From positions 1-30,258 of IMG/VR virus record IMGVR_UViG_3300044856_000228: 30,258 nucleotides of DNA; one strand, 5' to 3'. The notes beneath the pieces are model-generated. The model was given only the letters and a program-made list of their open reading frames with translations. It was not told the DNA's origin and did no database searches. The stretch comes from a virus. The position numbers and the translations under genes are program-made. The stretch's first letter is position 1. Every line of letters starts with the position of its first letter. This document shows positions 15,386 to 23,649 of this stretch, piece by piece.

Positions 15386-15447
15386 ATATATTATATATTT
15401 TAAAACAAAAATAAAAAAAAGTAAATACAAAAATTAAGGAGGCACAA

Positions 15448-15855
15448 ATGATAGAACAAGATGCCAAGAAAGAATTATATTCTTATTTACATAGTAAAAA
15501 ACTTGAAGAAAGAAAGTTAGAACAAATAGAAGAGCAAAAAGCAAAACTCACAAAAATCACTTCTATTTTATCAGATATGCCAAAAGGAACAACGGATCAT
15601 GACAAAATGAGTAAGAACATAGCAATATTGTTAGATTTAATAAGTGAGCATATAAAGATAATGACAGAAGAAGAAGAAAATCTAATTAGAATAACTAAAA
15701 AAATAAATCAAGTAGAACAACCTTATAGAAATATCTTAGAATTAAGATTTGTAAAAGGAATGAAAGTTGAAGAAATTTCTGTAGAATTAGATAGAGATTA
15801 CAGGTATACAAAAAAATTAATTAAAAAATCTATAAAAAAATATGCAGAAATTTAA
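15448..15855 (+). CDS. Sigma-70 region 4-like late transcription regulator (DUF1492/ArpU/RinA type)
   Basis: IEQPYRNILELRFVKGMKVEEISVELDRDYRYTKKLIKKSIKKY-like C-terminal HTH; position just before the late operon. Confidence 0.75.
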   Translation: MIEQDAKKELYSYLHSKKLEERKLEQIEEQKAKLTKITSILSDMPKGTTDHDKMSKNIAILLDLISEHIKIMTEEEENLIRITKKINQVEQPYRNILELRFVKGMKVEEISVELDRDYRYTKKLIKKSIKKYAEI

Positions 15856-15860
15856 AAAAA

Positions 15861-15911
15861 GACACCTTTTTACCCTTTTATGACACCCAAAAAGTTTGAT
15901 ATATATATAAT
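15861..15911 (+). promoter_or_regulatory. Candidate activator-dependent late promoter
   Basis: Direct repeats GACACC at 15861-15866 and 15882-15887 (21 bp centre to centre) upstream of a TATAAT (15906-15911) with no clear -35. Confidence 0.5.
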
Positions 15912-15912
15912 A

Positions 15913-15950
15913 GCAAATAAGTTAGATAATAAATATCTAATACTGTTTGC
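15913..15950 (+). other. Long imperfect inverted repeat at the late promoter start region
   Basis: GCAAATAAGTTAGATA / ATAAA / TATCTAATACTGTTTGC. Confidence 0.6.
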
Positions 15951-15965
15951 CCCTATAATTTATTG

Positions 15966-15999
15966 AGAGTAGACGTTTTAAATGTCTGCTCTTTTATAT
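15966..15999 (+). terminator. Terminator-like hairpin directly 5' of tRNA-Met
   Basis: AGAGTAGAC (15966-15974) / GTCTGCTCT (15984-15992) followed by TTTTATAT. Confidence 0.7.
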
Positions 16000-16076
16000 T
16001 GCGTATTTAGAGAAACGGATATCTCATTAGTCTCATAAGCTAAAGATACTGGGTTCGACTCCCAGATGCGCAACCA
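16000..16076 (+). tRNA. tRNA with anticodon CAU (Met-type), CCA encoded
   Basis: TGCGTATTTAGAGAAACGGATATCTCATTAGTCTCATAAGCTAAAGATACTGGGTTCGACTCCCAGATGCGCAACCA; acceptor UGCGUAU/AUGCGCA, D stem GAGA/UCUC, anticodon arm UUAGU-CUCAUAA-GCUAA, T arm CUGGG-UUCGACU-CCCAG. Confidence 0.88.
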
Positions 16077-16100
16077 AACAAACATATGCAAGGAGTAAAT

Positions 16101-16253
16101 ATGAATTTATTAGATACCTATAAAAAAGAAATATGTAGTAGATGTAAAAACAAGAATACGAAACTTTGTGAAATCAGACAATGTGTAGATGGAACATATA
16201 GATGTATTTATTATGAAAGAGAAGGAAAAGAGAATGACAAAAGGAAATTTTAA
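16101..16253 (+). CDS. Small Cys-rich protein (not in the ORF track)
   Basis: MNLLDTYKKEICSRCKNKNTKLCEIRQCVDGTYRCIYYEREGKENDKRKF* after AAGGAG. Confidence 0.55.
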   Translation: MNLLDTYKKEICSRCKNKNTKLCEIRQCVDGTYRCIYYEREGKENDKRKF

Positions 16254-16584
16254 ATTCAAGATTAATAATAAAAAGTGGGAGATAAAAGAAATATCTCAAA
16301 ATGAAATGAGAGAACAGTTAAAGCAACATAACGATAGGGTTGAGGAGTTTGGAAAATATTATGGATTAACATATGCAGATACACAAACTATTTATTTAGA
16401 TAAAGATTTATGTATAGATAGAAAAAGAACTACTCTACTACATGAATTAGGACATTGCTATATTAACACATATATAACTCATTTAGACCAAAATTATAAT
16501 GAAGAGGATGTTGTTGATATAGTAGCAAATTCACATGATATTTTAAGAGAGATAGTAGATAAATATTTTGAAGAGGAGAAATAA
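16234..16584 (+). CDS. Small zincin-like protein with HELGH motif (ImmA/IrrE-like)
   Basis: Track ORF 16189-16584; likely start MTKGNFKF; TLLHELGHCYINTYI. Confidence 0.7.
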   Translation: MTKGNFKFKINNKKWEIKEISQNEMREQLKQHNDRVEEFGKYYGLTYADTQTIYLDKDLCIDRKRTTLLHELGHCYINTYITHLDQNYNEEDVVDIVANSHDILREIVDKYFEEEK

Positions 16585-16586
16585 AA

Positions 16587-16841
16587 ATGGATTTTGGAGA
16601 TGCAATGAAATTATTGAAACAAGGAAAGAAATTACAAAGAGAAGGTTGGAATGGAAAGAAACAATACATAGAACTAGCAACTAATATAAGTTATATAAAT
16701 GCAAATAGAGAAACTATAAATGCAGACCATGATGCAATAGGAAATAAAGCAATTGCATTTGTAGGAACATCAGGGGTTCAATTAGGTTGGTTAGCTAGTC
16801 AAGCAGATATGCTAGCAGAAGATTGGAGGATTGTAGAATAA
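16587..16841 (+). CDS. DUF2829 / Tad2-like protein
   Basis: MDFGDAMKLLKQGKKLQREGWNGKKQYIELA...AIAFVGTSGVQLGWLASQADMLAEDWRIV; typical DUF2829 start and WxxSxxDxLAxDW ending. Confidence 0.85.
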   Translation: MDFGDAMKLLKQGKKLQREGWNGKKQYIELATNISYINANRETINADHDAIGNKAIAFVGTSGVQLGWLASQADMLAEDWRIVE

Positions 16842-17104
16842 TGAGTAACGAAGAATTTATAGCTAAATGTAAAGAATTAGTAAAGGAATATGCAATAGAG
16901 CATTTAGACAAAACGGATGAAATACCAAATTTTAATGTGTATATAGTATGGAGTTGTAAGACGTTACAAAACAGCAAAGCATTATTAAGTACAGATTTAA
17001 AAGATGGAATGTATTATGAATTGACTTACAATGGAGATAAAAAAGAAATATATTTTGATGCATATAAAAAGTTTGAAAATAGATGCATAAAGATAGAAGA
17101 ATAA
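16841..17104 (+). CDS. Hypothetical phage protein
   Basis: Likely start MSNEEFIAKCKELVKEYAIEHLDK at about 16841 inside track ORF 16823-17104. Confidence 0.55.
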   Translation: MSNEEFIAKCKELVKEYAIEHLDKTDEIPNFNVYIVWSCKTLQNSKALLSTDLKDGMYYELTYNGDKKEIYFDAYKKFENRCIKIEE

Positions 17105-17122
17105 TGAAAGGAGCAATTTTAT

Positions 17123-17644
17123 ATGACAGATGCACAAAAAAGATTTTGTGATGAATACTTGATAGACCTTAATGCAACAAGAGCATATAAAGTTGCATAC
17201 AAACGTTGTAAAAAAGATGAAACAGCAAATGTAAATGGCAGTAAATTACTAAGAAACACTAAGGTTAAGGAGTATATAGCACAAAAACAGACAGAAATAC
17301 AAAAAAGAACAGAAATAACTCAAGATAGAGTTCTAAAAGAATTAGCCAAAATTGCTTTTGGAGACATTAGAAAATTATATACAGAAAATGGGGCTTTAAG
17401 AAATATAATAGATTTAGAAGATGACATAGCAGGAGCAATATCAGGAGTAGAAACTTTTGAGGAATATGAAGGAAGAGGAGCAGATAGAGAATACATAGGA
17501 GATACTAAAAAAGTAAAAATGATAGACAAAACAAAAGCATTAGAACTAATTGGTAAGCATCTAGGAATGTTTAAAGAGACCAATATTAATATTAATACAA
17601 ATTATGAAGAGTATTTAAAGCGAGTTGAGGGAGATGAGTATTAA
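17123..17644 (+). CDS. Terminase small subunit
   Basis: MTDAQKRFCDEYLIDLNATRAYKVAYKRCKKDETANVNGSKLLRNTKVKEYI...RVLKELAKIAFGD. Confidence 0.95.
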   Translation: MTDAQKRFCDEYLIDLNATRAYKVAYKRCKKDETANVNGSKLLRNTKVKEYIAQKQTEIQKRTEITQDRVLKELAKIAFGDIRKLYTENGALRNIIDLEDDIAGAISGVETFEEYEGRGADREYIGDTKKVKMIDKTKALELIGKHLGMFKETNININTNYEEYLKRVEGDEY

Positions 17645-19280
17645 TACAAAAGCATATATAGAAAACTATATAAAGATTAGAGATAAGAAAAACAATATAG
17701 TATCACTTGTATTAAATGAACCACAACTTAAATATTACAATGTTATAAAAGAAATGTATCGAAAAAGAAAGCCTATTAGAATAATAATATTAAAAGCAAG
17801 ACAAATGGGATTTAGTACAGAAACAGAAGCAATAATATTTAAGAATGTAGTTACTCATCATAACTATAATGCAGGCATTGTAGCACATAAAGAAGATTCT
17901 ACAACAAACTTATTCAATATGAGTAAAAGAATGTTAGAATATTTACCAGAAGATATTAGACCAGAACAGAAGAAATCTAATGCAAAAGAACTAGTTTTCA
18001 ATAATGATATGGGGACAGGTTTAGATAGTAGAATAAAATGTATGACAGCAGGTGGAAAAGGAATAGGACGTTCTGATACATTTACAGCATTACATTTATC
18101 AGAATTAGCTTTCTGGGAAGGCGATAAGAAAGTTACAATGACAGGTTTGTTGCAAGCAGTACCTAACACTCCAGACTCAATGATAATAATAGAAAGTACA
18201 GCAAATGGCTATGAATATTTTAAAGAAATGTGGGATAGAGCAGTTGCAGGTGAAAGCGATTTCTATCCTCTTTTTATTGGTTGGAATGAACTAAAAGAAT
18301 ATAGTATGCCTTATACAGGCTTTAATTTAACACAAGAAGAAAGAGAACTAAAAGAACAATATAATTTGACATTAGAACAGTTGACTTGGCGTAGATGGTG
18401 TATAAAGAATAATTGTTCTGGAGATATTAATCAATTTAAACAAGAATATCCGATATGTCCAGAAGAGGCTTTCTTAAGTACAGGTAATTGCTATTTTAAC
18501 AAAGAAAATATAATAAACAGAATAAATACAGCACCAGAGCCATTGGTAAGAGGTAAGTTTACTTGTTATTATGATGGAGTAAGAATAAGAAATCAAAAGT
18601 TTTTAGAGCAAGATGATGGAAACATAAAGATATATGAATATCCTCAAAAAAGAGTACCATATGTTCTAGGAGGAGATACAGCAGGAGAAGGATCAGACTT
18701 CTTTACAGCACACGTAATTAACAACATAACAGGTAAACAAGTAGCAGTTTTAAAACAACAATATAACGAAATAGAATATGTTAAACAAGTTTATTGCCTA
18801 GGTATGTTTTACAACTGTGCATTAATAGGATTAGAGAATAACTTTTCAACATATCCTACACAGAAATTAGCAGAACTTAATTATCCTAATCAATTTGTTA
18901 GAAAGAAAGAAGATCAATACAATAATAAATTTGAAAAAAGTTTTGGATTTAAAACAACAAGTATTACAAGACCATATATATTAGGTTTATTGCAAGAAAT
19001 AGTATATGACAATATAGATGCAATACAGGATAAGGAAACTTTAAGAGAGATGCTTACATTTATAGTAAATGATAAAGGTAGGGCAGAGGCAGAAGAAGGA
19101 TACCATGACGACTTAGTTATGGCTTTGGCTATATCTTATTATATAAGAGGGCAACAAGATTATAAGAAAAATGAAAGAGAATCAAAGTATCAAGATTTAC
19201 AAGAGCAAATAGACAAGATATTTGGAGAAGATATAAATAAAATAGAAGAGGACTATGGAGATGACATAGTCCCTTTTTAA
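17634..19280 (+). CDS. Terminase large subunit
   Basis: RIIILKARQMGFSTETEAI (Walker A-like), HLSELAFWE, YHDDLVMALAISYY nuclease motif. Confidence 0.93.
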   Translation: MSINTKAYIENYIKIRDKKNNIVSLVLNEPQLKYYNVIKEMYRKRKPIRIIILKARQMGFSTETEAIIFKNVVTHHNYNAGIVAHKEDSTTNLFNMSKRMLEYLPEDIRPEQKKSNAKELVFNNDMGTGLDSRIKCMTAGGKGIGRSDTFTALHLSELAFWEGDKKVTMTGLLQAVPNTPDSMIIIESTANGYEYFKEMWDRAVAGESDFYPLFIGWNELKEYSMPYTGFNLTQEERELKEQYNLTLEQLTWRRWCIKNNCSGDINQFKQEYPICPEEAFLSTGNCYFNKENIINRINTAPEPLVRGKFTCYYDGVRIRNQKFLEQDDGNIKIYEYPQKRVPYVLGGDTAGEGSDFFTAHVINNITGKQVAVLKQQYNEIEYVKQVYCLGMFYNCALIGLENNFSTYPTQKLAELNYPNQFVRKKEDQYNNKFEKSFGFKTTSITRPYILGLLQEIVYDNIDAIQDKETLREMLTFIVNDKGRAEAEEGYHDDLVMALAISYYIRGQQDYKKNERESKYQDLQEQIDKIFGEDINKIEEDYGDDIVPF

Positions 19281-19543
19281 TGGAGGTAAATATGGAGCTT
19301 ATATATACAATTATATCAATTTTATGTTTATGTTTTGGATTTTATGTTGGATATAAGATTGGAAAAGATAAAGAATTACCTAAAGTACCAAAAGAAGTAA
19401 AACATCCTATTAAAACTATAAAGGATAATATAGATAATAATAGAGCAGAAAGAGAACAAGATGAAAGATTACAAGAATTGCAAGAAGATTTAGCAGAATT
19501 AGATGCTTACGACGGTGGCTTGGGAGTACCAGAAAGGAGATAG
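19280..19543 (+). CDS. Small membrane-anchored hypothetical protein
   Basis: LIYTIISILCLCFGFYVGYKIGKDKELPKVPKEVK. Confidence 0.6.
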   Translation: MEVNMELIYTIISILCLCFGFYVGYKIGKDKELPKVPKEVKHPIKTIKDNIDNNRAEREQDERLQELQEDLAELDAYDGGLGVPERR

Positions 19544-19546
19544 TAG

Positions 19547-21277
19547 ATGAAGAAGGGTGAAGAGACAAGTATAACTACAGTATGGCAAGAATATGAGCGT
19601 GGTAAAGATTATAATTATCAACAACAATTATACGAAAAGAGTAAAAGAAATTATAATTTTTATCATGGTAAACAGTGGGAAGGTGCTAAACTTTCTGGAA
19701 TACAACCAATAACATTAAATATGATTAAATCTATATGCAAATATAAAGTTGGTGTAGTAAAAACTAATACATATCAGATATATTTTAATTCAGATACATA
19801 TAAAGACCAAGAAGAAAGAGAAAAACTAAAAGATATATGTGATATGCTTAATAGATATGCTAATAGAATTTGGGAGAAAACCAAGGTAAATAAGTTAATA
19901 AGAAGTTGTATAAATGATGCCTGTATAGATAGCGAAGGTATCATTTATTTTTATGCTGATCCAGATGAAAATAGTAATTCTATATATTGTGAGCAAGTTA
20001 ATAAAACTAATATTTATTATGGAAATGAAAATGAAGATGATATACAAAAACAACCATATATAATTATATCTTTTAGACGTACTGTAGAAGAAGTAAAAGA
20101 AGAAGCAAGACAAAATGGAATGAGTGAGAAAGAAATAGAACTAATAACAGAAGACCAAGATATAGAAGAACAAGCAGGGAGAGATTTAAGAACTACAGAA
20201 ATAGTTCCAATGTGTTTAGTGCTATTAAAACTATATAGAGGTAAAGACAAAAAAATATATGCTAAAAAATGTACTAGATTAGCAACTGTAATGAAAGATA
20301 GCTGTCTAGAAATAGATAGATATCCTGTAGCTCACATTTTATGGGAAAGAGTAAAGGGCAGTGCTAGAGGACAAGGAGAGGTAGAAACATTAATACCTAA
20401 TCAAATAGAAATTAATAAAACAGCTACAAGAAGAGCTTTAGCAGTTAAATTGGTAGCTTTCCCTAAATTAGTTGCAAATACTAAATATATTGCTAATACA
20501 AAGGCATTAAATAAGATTGGTACAACTATAGAAGTAAATGAACTAAATGCAGATGATGTAAATAAAGTAGTTAATTATTTAAAACCAGCAAGTATTAGTT
20601 CTGATGCATATCAATTACAAAAAGAACTACAAGAAGAAACACAGAATTTAGCAGGTGCAAGTGATACAGTTACAGGCAATGTAGACCCTACTCAAGCAAG
20701 TGGTAAATCTATATTAGCTGTACAACAAGCATCACAACAACCTATAAATGAACAAGTAGAAGCATATAAGGACTTTATAGAAGATATAGCGCTTATATGG
20801 TATGCAATGCTTAAAGCTAATAGTGTTAAAGGGATAGAGTTAGTAAAAGAAACAAAGGATTATACTTCAAATACAACATTAGAAGAAACATACAAAATGA
20901 GCTATAAAGAACTCAATGAATATGATTTAGATATAAAGATAGAAACAACTCCAAAATCTCCATTTGATAAGTATGCAATGGAAATGTCTTTAGAGAATTT
21001 ATTAAATGCAGGGCAAATAAATTTTGAAGAATATGTAAATGCATTGCCTCAAGATTCAGCAATGCCAAAAGCAGAATTAAAGCAAATACTTAAAGAGAGA
21101 GAAGAAAAAGAAAAAATATTTAATGAAATAGAAAAAGCAGGAAATGTATTAAATAGTGCTATGCAACAGGTAATGCAACAACAAGAAATGAACAATGTAG
21201 AACAAACAGGAGTTACACCAGAAGAAGCAAACATAGTAAACAATACTCAACAAGAACAAATACCAATAAATCAATAG
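19547..21277 (+). CDS. Portal protein
   Basis: NFYHGKQWEGAKLSGIQPITLNMIKSICKYKVGVVKTN...ERVKGSARGQGEVETLIPNQIEINKTATRRALAVKLVAFPKL; follows terL. Confidence 0.88.
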   Translation: MKKGEETSITTVWQEYERGKDYNYQQQLYEKSKRNYNFYHGKQWEGAKLSGIQPITLNMIKSICKYKVGVVKTNTYQIYFNSDTYKDQEEREKLKDICDMLNRYANRIWEKTKVNKLIRSCINDACIDSEGIIYFYADPDENSNSIYCEQVNKTNIYYGNENEDDIQKQPYIIISFRRTVEEVKEEARQNGMSEKEIELITEDQDIEEQAGRDLRTTEIVPMCLVLLKLYRGKDKKIYAKKCTRLATVMKDSCLEIDRYPVAHILWERVKGSARGQGEVETLIPNQIEINKTATRRALAVKLVAFPKLVANTKYIANTKALNKIGTTIEVNELNADDVNKVVNYLKPASISSDAYQLQKELQEETQNLAGASDTVTGNVDPTQASGKSILAVQQASQQPINEQVEAYKDFIEDIALIWYAMLKANSVKGIELVKETKDYTSNTTLEETYKMSYKELNEYDLDIKIETTPKSPFDKYAMEMSLENLLNAGQINFEEYVNALPQDSAMPKAELKQILKEREEKEKIFNEIEKAGNVLNSAMQQVMQQQEMNNVEQTGVTPEEANIVNNTQQEQIPINQ

Positions 21278-21303
21278 GCAGTCAAAAGGCTGTCTATTTT
21301 TTA
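21274..21303 (+). terminator. Intrinsic terminator between portal and tRNA-Trp
   Basis: ATAGGCAGTC-AAAA-GGCTGTCTAT followed by TTTTTT. Confidence 0.85.
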
Positions 21304-21304
21304 T

Positions 21305-21379
21305 GCAAGTTTAGTTTAACGGAAGAACGACAGTCTCCAAAACTGTTAGGTAGTGGTTCGAATCCATTAACTTGTGCCA
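21305..21379 (+). tRNA. tRNA-Trp (CCA anticodon), CCA encoded
   Basis: GCAAGTTTAGTTTAACGGAAGAACGACAGTCTCCAAAACTGTTAGGTAGTGGTTCGAATCCATTAACTTGTGCCA; anticodon arm ACAGU-CUCCAAA-ACUGU; G73. Confidence 0.92.
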
Positions 21380-21477
21380 TAGTCGACGGACTTAAAACGG
21401 GAGGCACTTATGCCGGTGAAAATCAAAAATATAAAAATAATAGTCGACGGACTTTAAATGGGAGGTACATATGCCAG
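21380..21477 (+). repeat. Two ~38-bp imperfect direct repeats containing RBS and start codon
   Basis: TAGTCGACGGACTTAAAACGGGAGGCACTTATGCCGG (from 21380) versus TAGTCGACGGACTTTAAATGGGAGGTACATATGCCAG (from 21441), 61-bp offset. Confidence 0.85.
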
Positions 21478-22301
21478 GAGAAAACGAAGATATGAATTTA
21501 GAGGAAGAAGTATTAGTAAATCATGAAGACACATCAAATAAAGATGTTAAAAATGACGACAATGTACAAGAGCCTAAACAAGAAGAAAAGACTTATACAC
21601 AAGACGATATTGATAAGATTGTAAGTCAAACAAAAGCAAAGATTGAAAGAAAATATCGCAAAGAAGAAGCGAACAAATTAAGTAAATCAAAGCAATTAGA
21701 AGAAACTATAAGAGCTGGACTTGGTTTAACAGATGAAGATGATGTTTTAAGCAAAGTAAAAGACTTTTATAGAGAACAAGGTATAGATATACCTGAATTT
21801 GATACGGGAAATAATCGAGATGCAGAAATCCTAGGTAAAGCAGATGCTAATGAGATTATTGAAACGTATGAGGATAAGGATATTGAAGCAAGAGCAAATG
21901 AATTAGCAATTAAGCAAAAAAGAGGAAAAACTACCGCACGTGAAAATGCGGAGTTTTTTAGATTAGGGGAATATTTAACAGCCCAATTAGAAGAAAAAGA
22001 ATTAAAAGAAAGCGGAGTAGATACAAGTATCTTACAAGATAAGGATTTCAGGGCTTTTGCTAATAATTTTAAAACTGGAACAAAGATAAGTGACGTATAC
22101 AAAATGTGGAAGAAGATGAATGGAGAAGAGGATAAAACACCTAAAAAGCCTGCTTCTACAGGAAGCTCACAATCTACTGTACCAGATAATAAAGAAAAAG
22201 AGTTCTATACTCCAGAAGAGGTAGACAAGCTATCAAGTAAAGACCTAGATAATCCTACTATTTGGAAACGCGTAAGAGAAAGTATGAAACGTTGGAAATA
22301 G
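21471..22301 (+). CDS. Phage scaffolding protein
   Basis: Acidic N-terminus, KTYTQDDIDKIVSQTKAKIERKYRKEEANKL, located between portal and capsid. Confidence 0.8.
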   Translation: MPGENEDMNLEEEVLVNHEDTSNKDVKNDDNVQEPKQEEKTYTQDDIDKIVSQTKAKIERKYRKEEANKLSKSKQLEETIRAGLGLTDEDDVLSKVKDFYREQGIDIPEFDTGNNRDAEILGKADANEIIETYEDKDIEARANELAIKQKRGKTTARENAEFFRLGEYLTAQLEEKELKESGVDTSILQDKDFRAFANNFKTGTKISDVYKMWKKMNGEEDKTPKKPASTGSSQSTVPDNKEKEFYTPEEVDKLSSKDLDNPTIWKRVRESMKRWK

Positions 22302-22318
22302 GAAGGAGAAAGATATAA

Positions 22319-23140
22319 ATGAGTTACGCAAACTTTAAACCTGTTGTATGGTCAAAATACATACAATTAGAATTACCAAAATTCACAGTATTTAAACAAG
22401 ACTGTGATTATAAATTTGAAGGAGAGGCTGGACAAGGTAAAAGAGTAAAAATACAAAACTCTGGAAGACCAACTATCAAAAAATATGTTCCTGGTAAGGA
22501 TATAGATGCACCAGAAAATGTTGATGGTACATCAGCATATTTAGATATTGATCAATTCGATTATTTCAACTATGGAATTGATAATATTGATAAAGCTCAA
22601 GCTCAAGAAGGTGTAATGGAAGCATTACAAACAGAAACTACAAGAGCTTTAGCAGAACAAGAAGATATATTCTGTGCTACACAAATGGCAAAAAATGCAG
22701 GATATAAAACAGCATCAAAAGCTATTTCTGATGCAGAAACTGCAAAGAAAGAGGTAGATGCTTTATTCGTTAAATTATGGAACAATGGTGTATCTACAAA
22801 AGATGATGTTACTATGTACTTAACACCTTGGTTCTATATGTTATTCCAAAATAAATTAATAGAATTAAAGACAAATAATGATGATTTAATTGCAAAAGGT
22901 GTATTAGGATTATACAACAATGCAAAAATCAAAATGACAAATAATGCTTATAATGATGGAACAGACGACTATATCATCTTAAAAACATCTAAAGCATATG
23001 CATATTGTAATGGTATTGACAAATTAAAACCATATGAACCAGAGAAAGGCTTTGTAGAAGCTATTAAAGGTTTAAACACATATGGTGGAAAAATGGTAAG
23101 ACCAAAAGAGTGTGCGGTATTAAGATGTCATCAAGCTTAG
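22319..23140 (+). CDS. Major capsid protein
   Basis: MSYANFKPVVWSKYIQLELPKFTVFKQDCDYKFEGEAGQGKRVKIQNSGRPTIKKYVPGKDIDAPENVDGTSAYLDID; position after scaffold. Confidence 0.87.
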   Translation: MSYANFKPVVWSKYIQLELPKFTVFKQDCDYKFEGEAGQGKRVKIQNSGRPTIKKYVPGKDIDAPENVDGTSAYLDIDQFDYFNYGIDNIDKAQAQEGVMEALQTETTRALAEQEDIFCATQMAKNAGYKTASKAISDAETAKKEVDALFVKLWNNGVSTKDDVTMYLTPWFYMLFQNKLIELKTNNDDLIAKGVLGLYNNAKIKMTNNAYNDGTDDYIILKTSKAYAYCNGIDKLKPYEPEKGFVEAIKGLNTYGGKMVRPKECAVLRCHQA

Positions 23141-23178
23141 TTAAATTAAGCACGTTAATTAAATCGTGCTTAATTTAA
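23141..23178 (+). terminator. Perfect hairpin immediately downstream of the capsid gene (weak terminator or mRNA stabiliser)
   Basis: TTAAATTAAGCACG (23141-23154) / CGTGCTTAATTTAA (23165-23178), 14 bp perfect, 10-nt loop; no long T run. Confidence 0.75.
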
Positions 23179-23210
23179 AATATATTATTAAGAAAGGAAG
23201 TGCTATAAAA

Positions 23211-23570
23211 ATGGCAGTAGCAGAAATTACAAACGTTGATTTAGTAAGAAATGAAGCTAAGGAATTAGTTGATGCAGTTGCAGTTGATGTAACTGACGGA
23301 GCTAAAGTAGATTATACTAATAGAAGTGACGGAAGAATACTATTATTATTAACAAATAGTAATGCTTCTGAGGCTAAAAAAGCTACTATAGTACAAGGTA
23401 ATTCTTTACAAGGAGTAGAAGATTTAGAAATATCTATTCCAGCCAATAAAACTTATGTAATAGTAGTAGAATCTGGTAAGTTTATGAATGTATCTGGAGA
23501 TAACAAAGGATATGTAATTATAAAAGGGGCATCAGCTGATATAAAAGTACAAGCTGTAGAATTACCTTAA
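23211..23570 (+). CDS. Hypothetical virion-associated protein (decoration-like)
   Basis: Start MAVAEITNVDLVRNEAKELVDAV at ATG 23211 after GAAAGGAAG; beta-rich ~119 aa. Confidence 0.6.
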   Translation: MAVAEITNVDLVRNEAKELVDAVAVDVTDGAKVDYTNRSDGRILLLLTNSNASEAKKATIVQGNSLQGVEDLEISIPANKTYVIVVESGKFMNVSGDNKGYVIIKGASADIKVQAVELP

Positions 23571-23575
23571 TTTTA

Positions 23576-23592
23576 GAGGGATATATTCCCTC
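23576..23592 (+). other. Short perfect hairpin downstream of ORF 23211-23570
   Basis: GAGGGA-TATAT-TCCCTC. Confidence 0.7.
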
Positions 23593-23649
23593 TTATATCA
23601 AGTTAAAGGAACAGACAGTTCGACTCTGTCAAACTTGGGAGGAATAGAC

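Noticed and set aside
15261-15467. Minus-strand ORF MASCSIICASL...
   Set aside because: Covers the tRNA and its terminator; the tRNA fold is much better supported.
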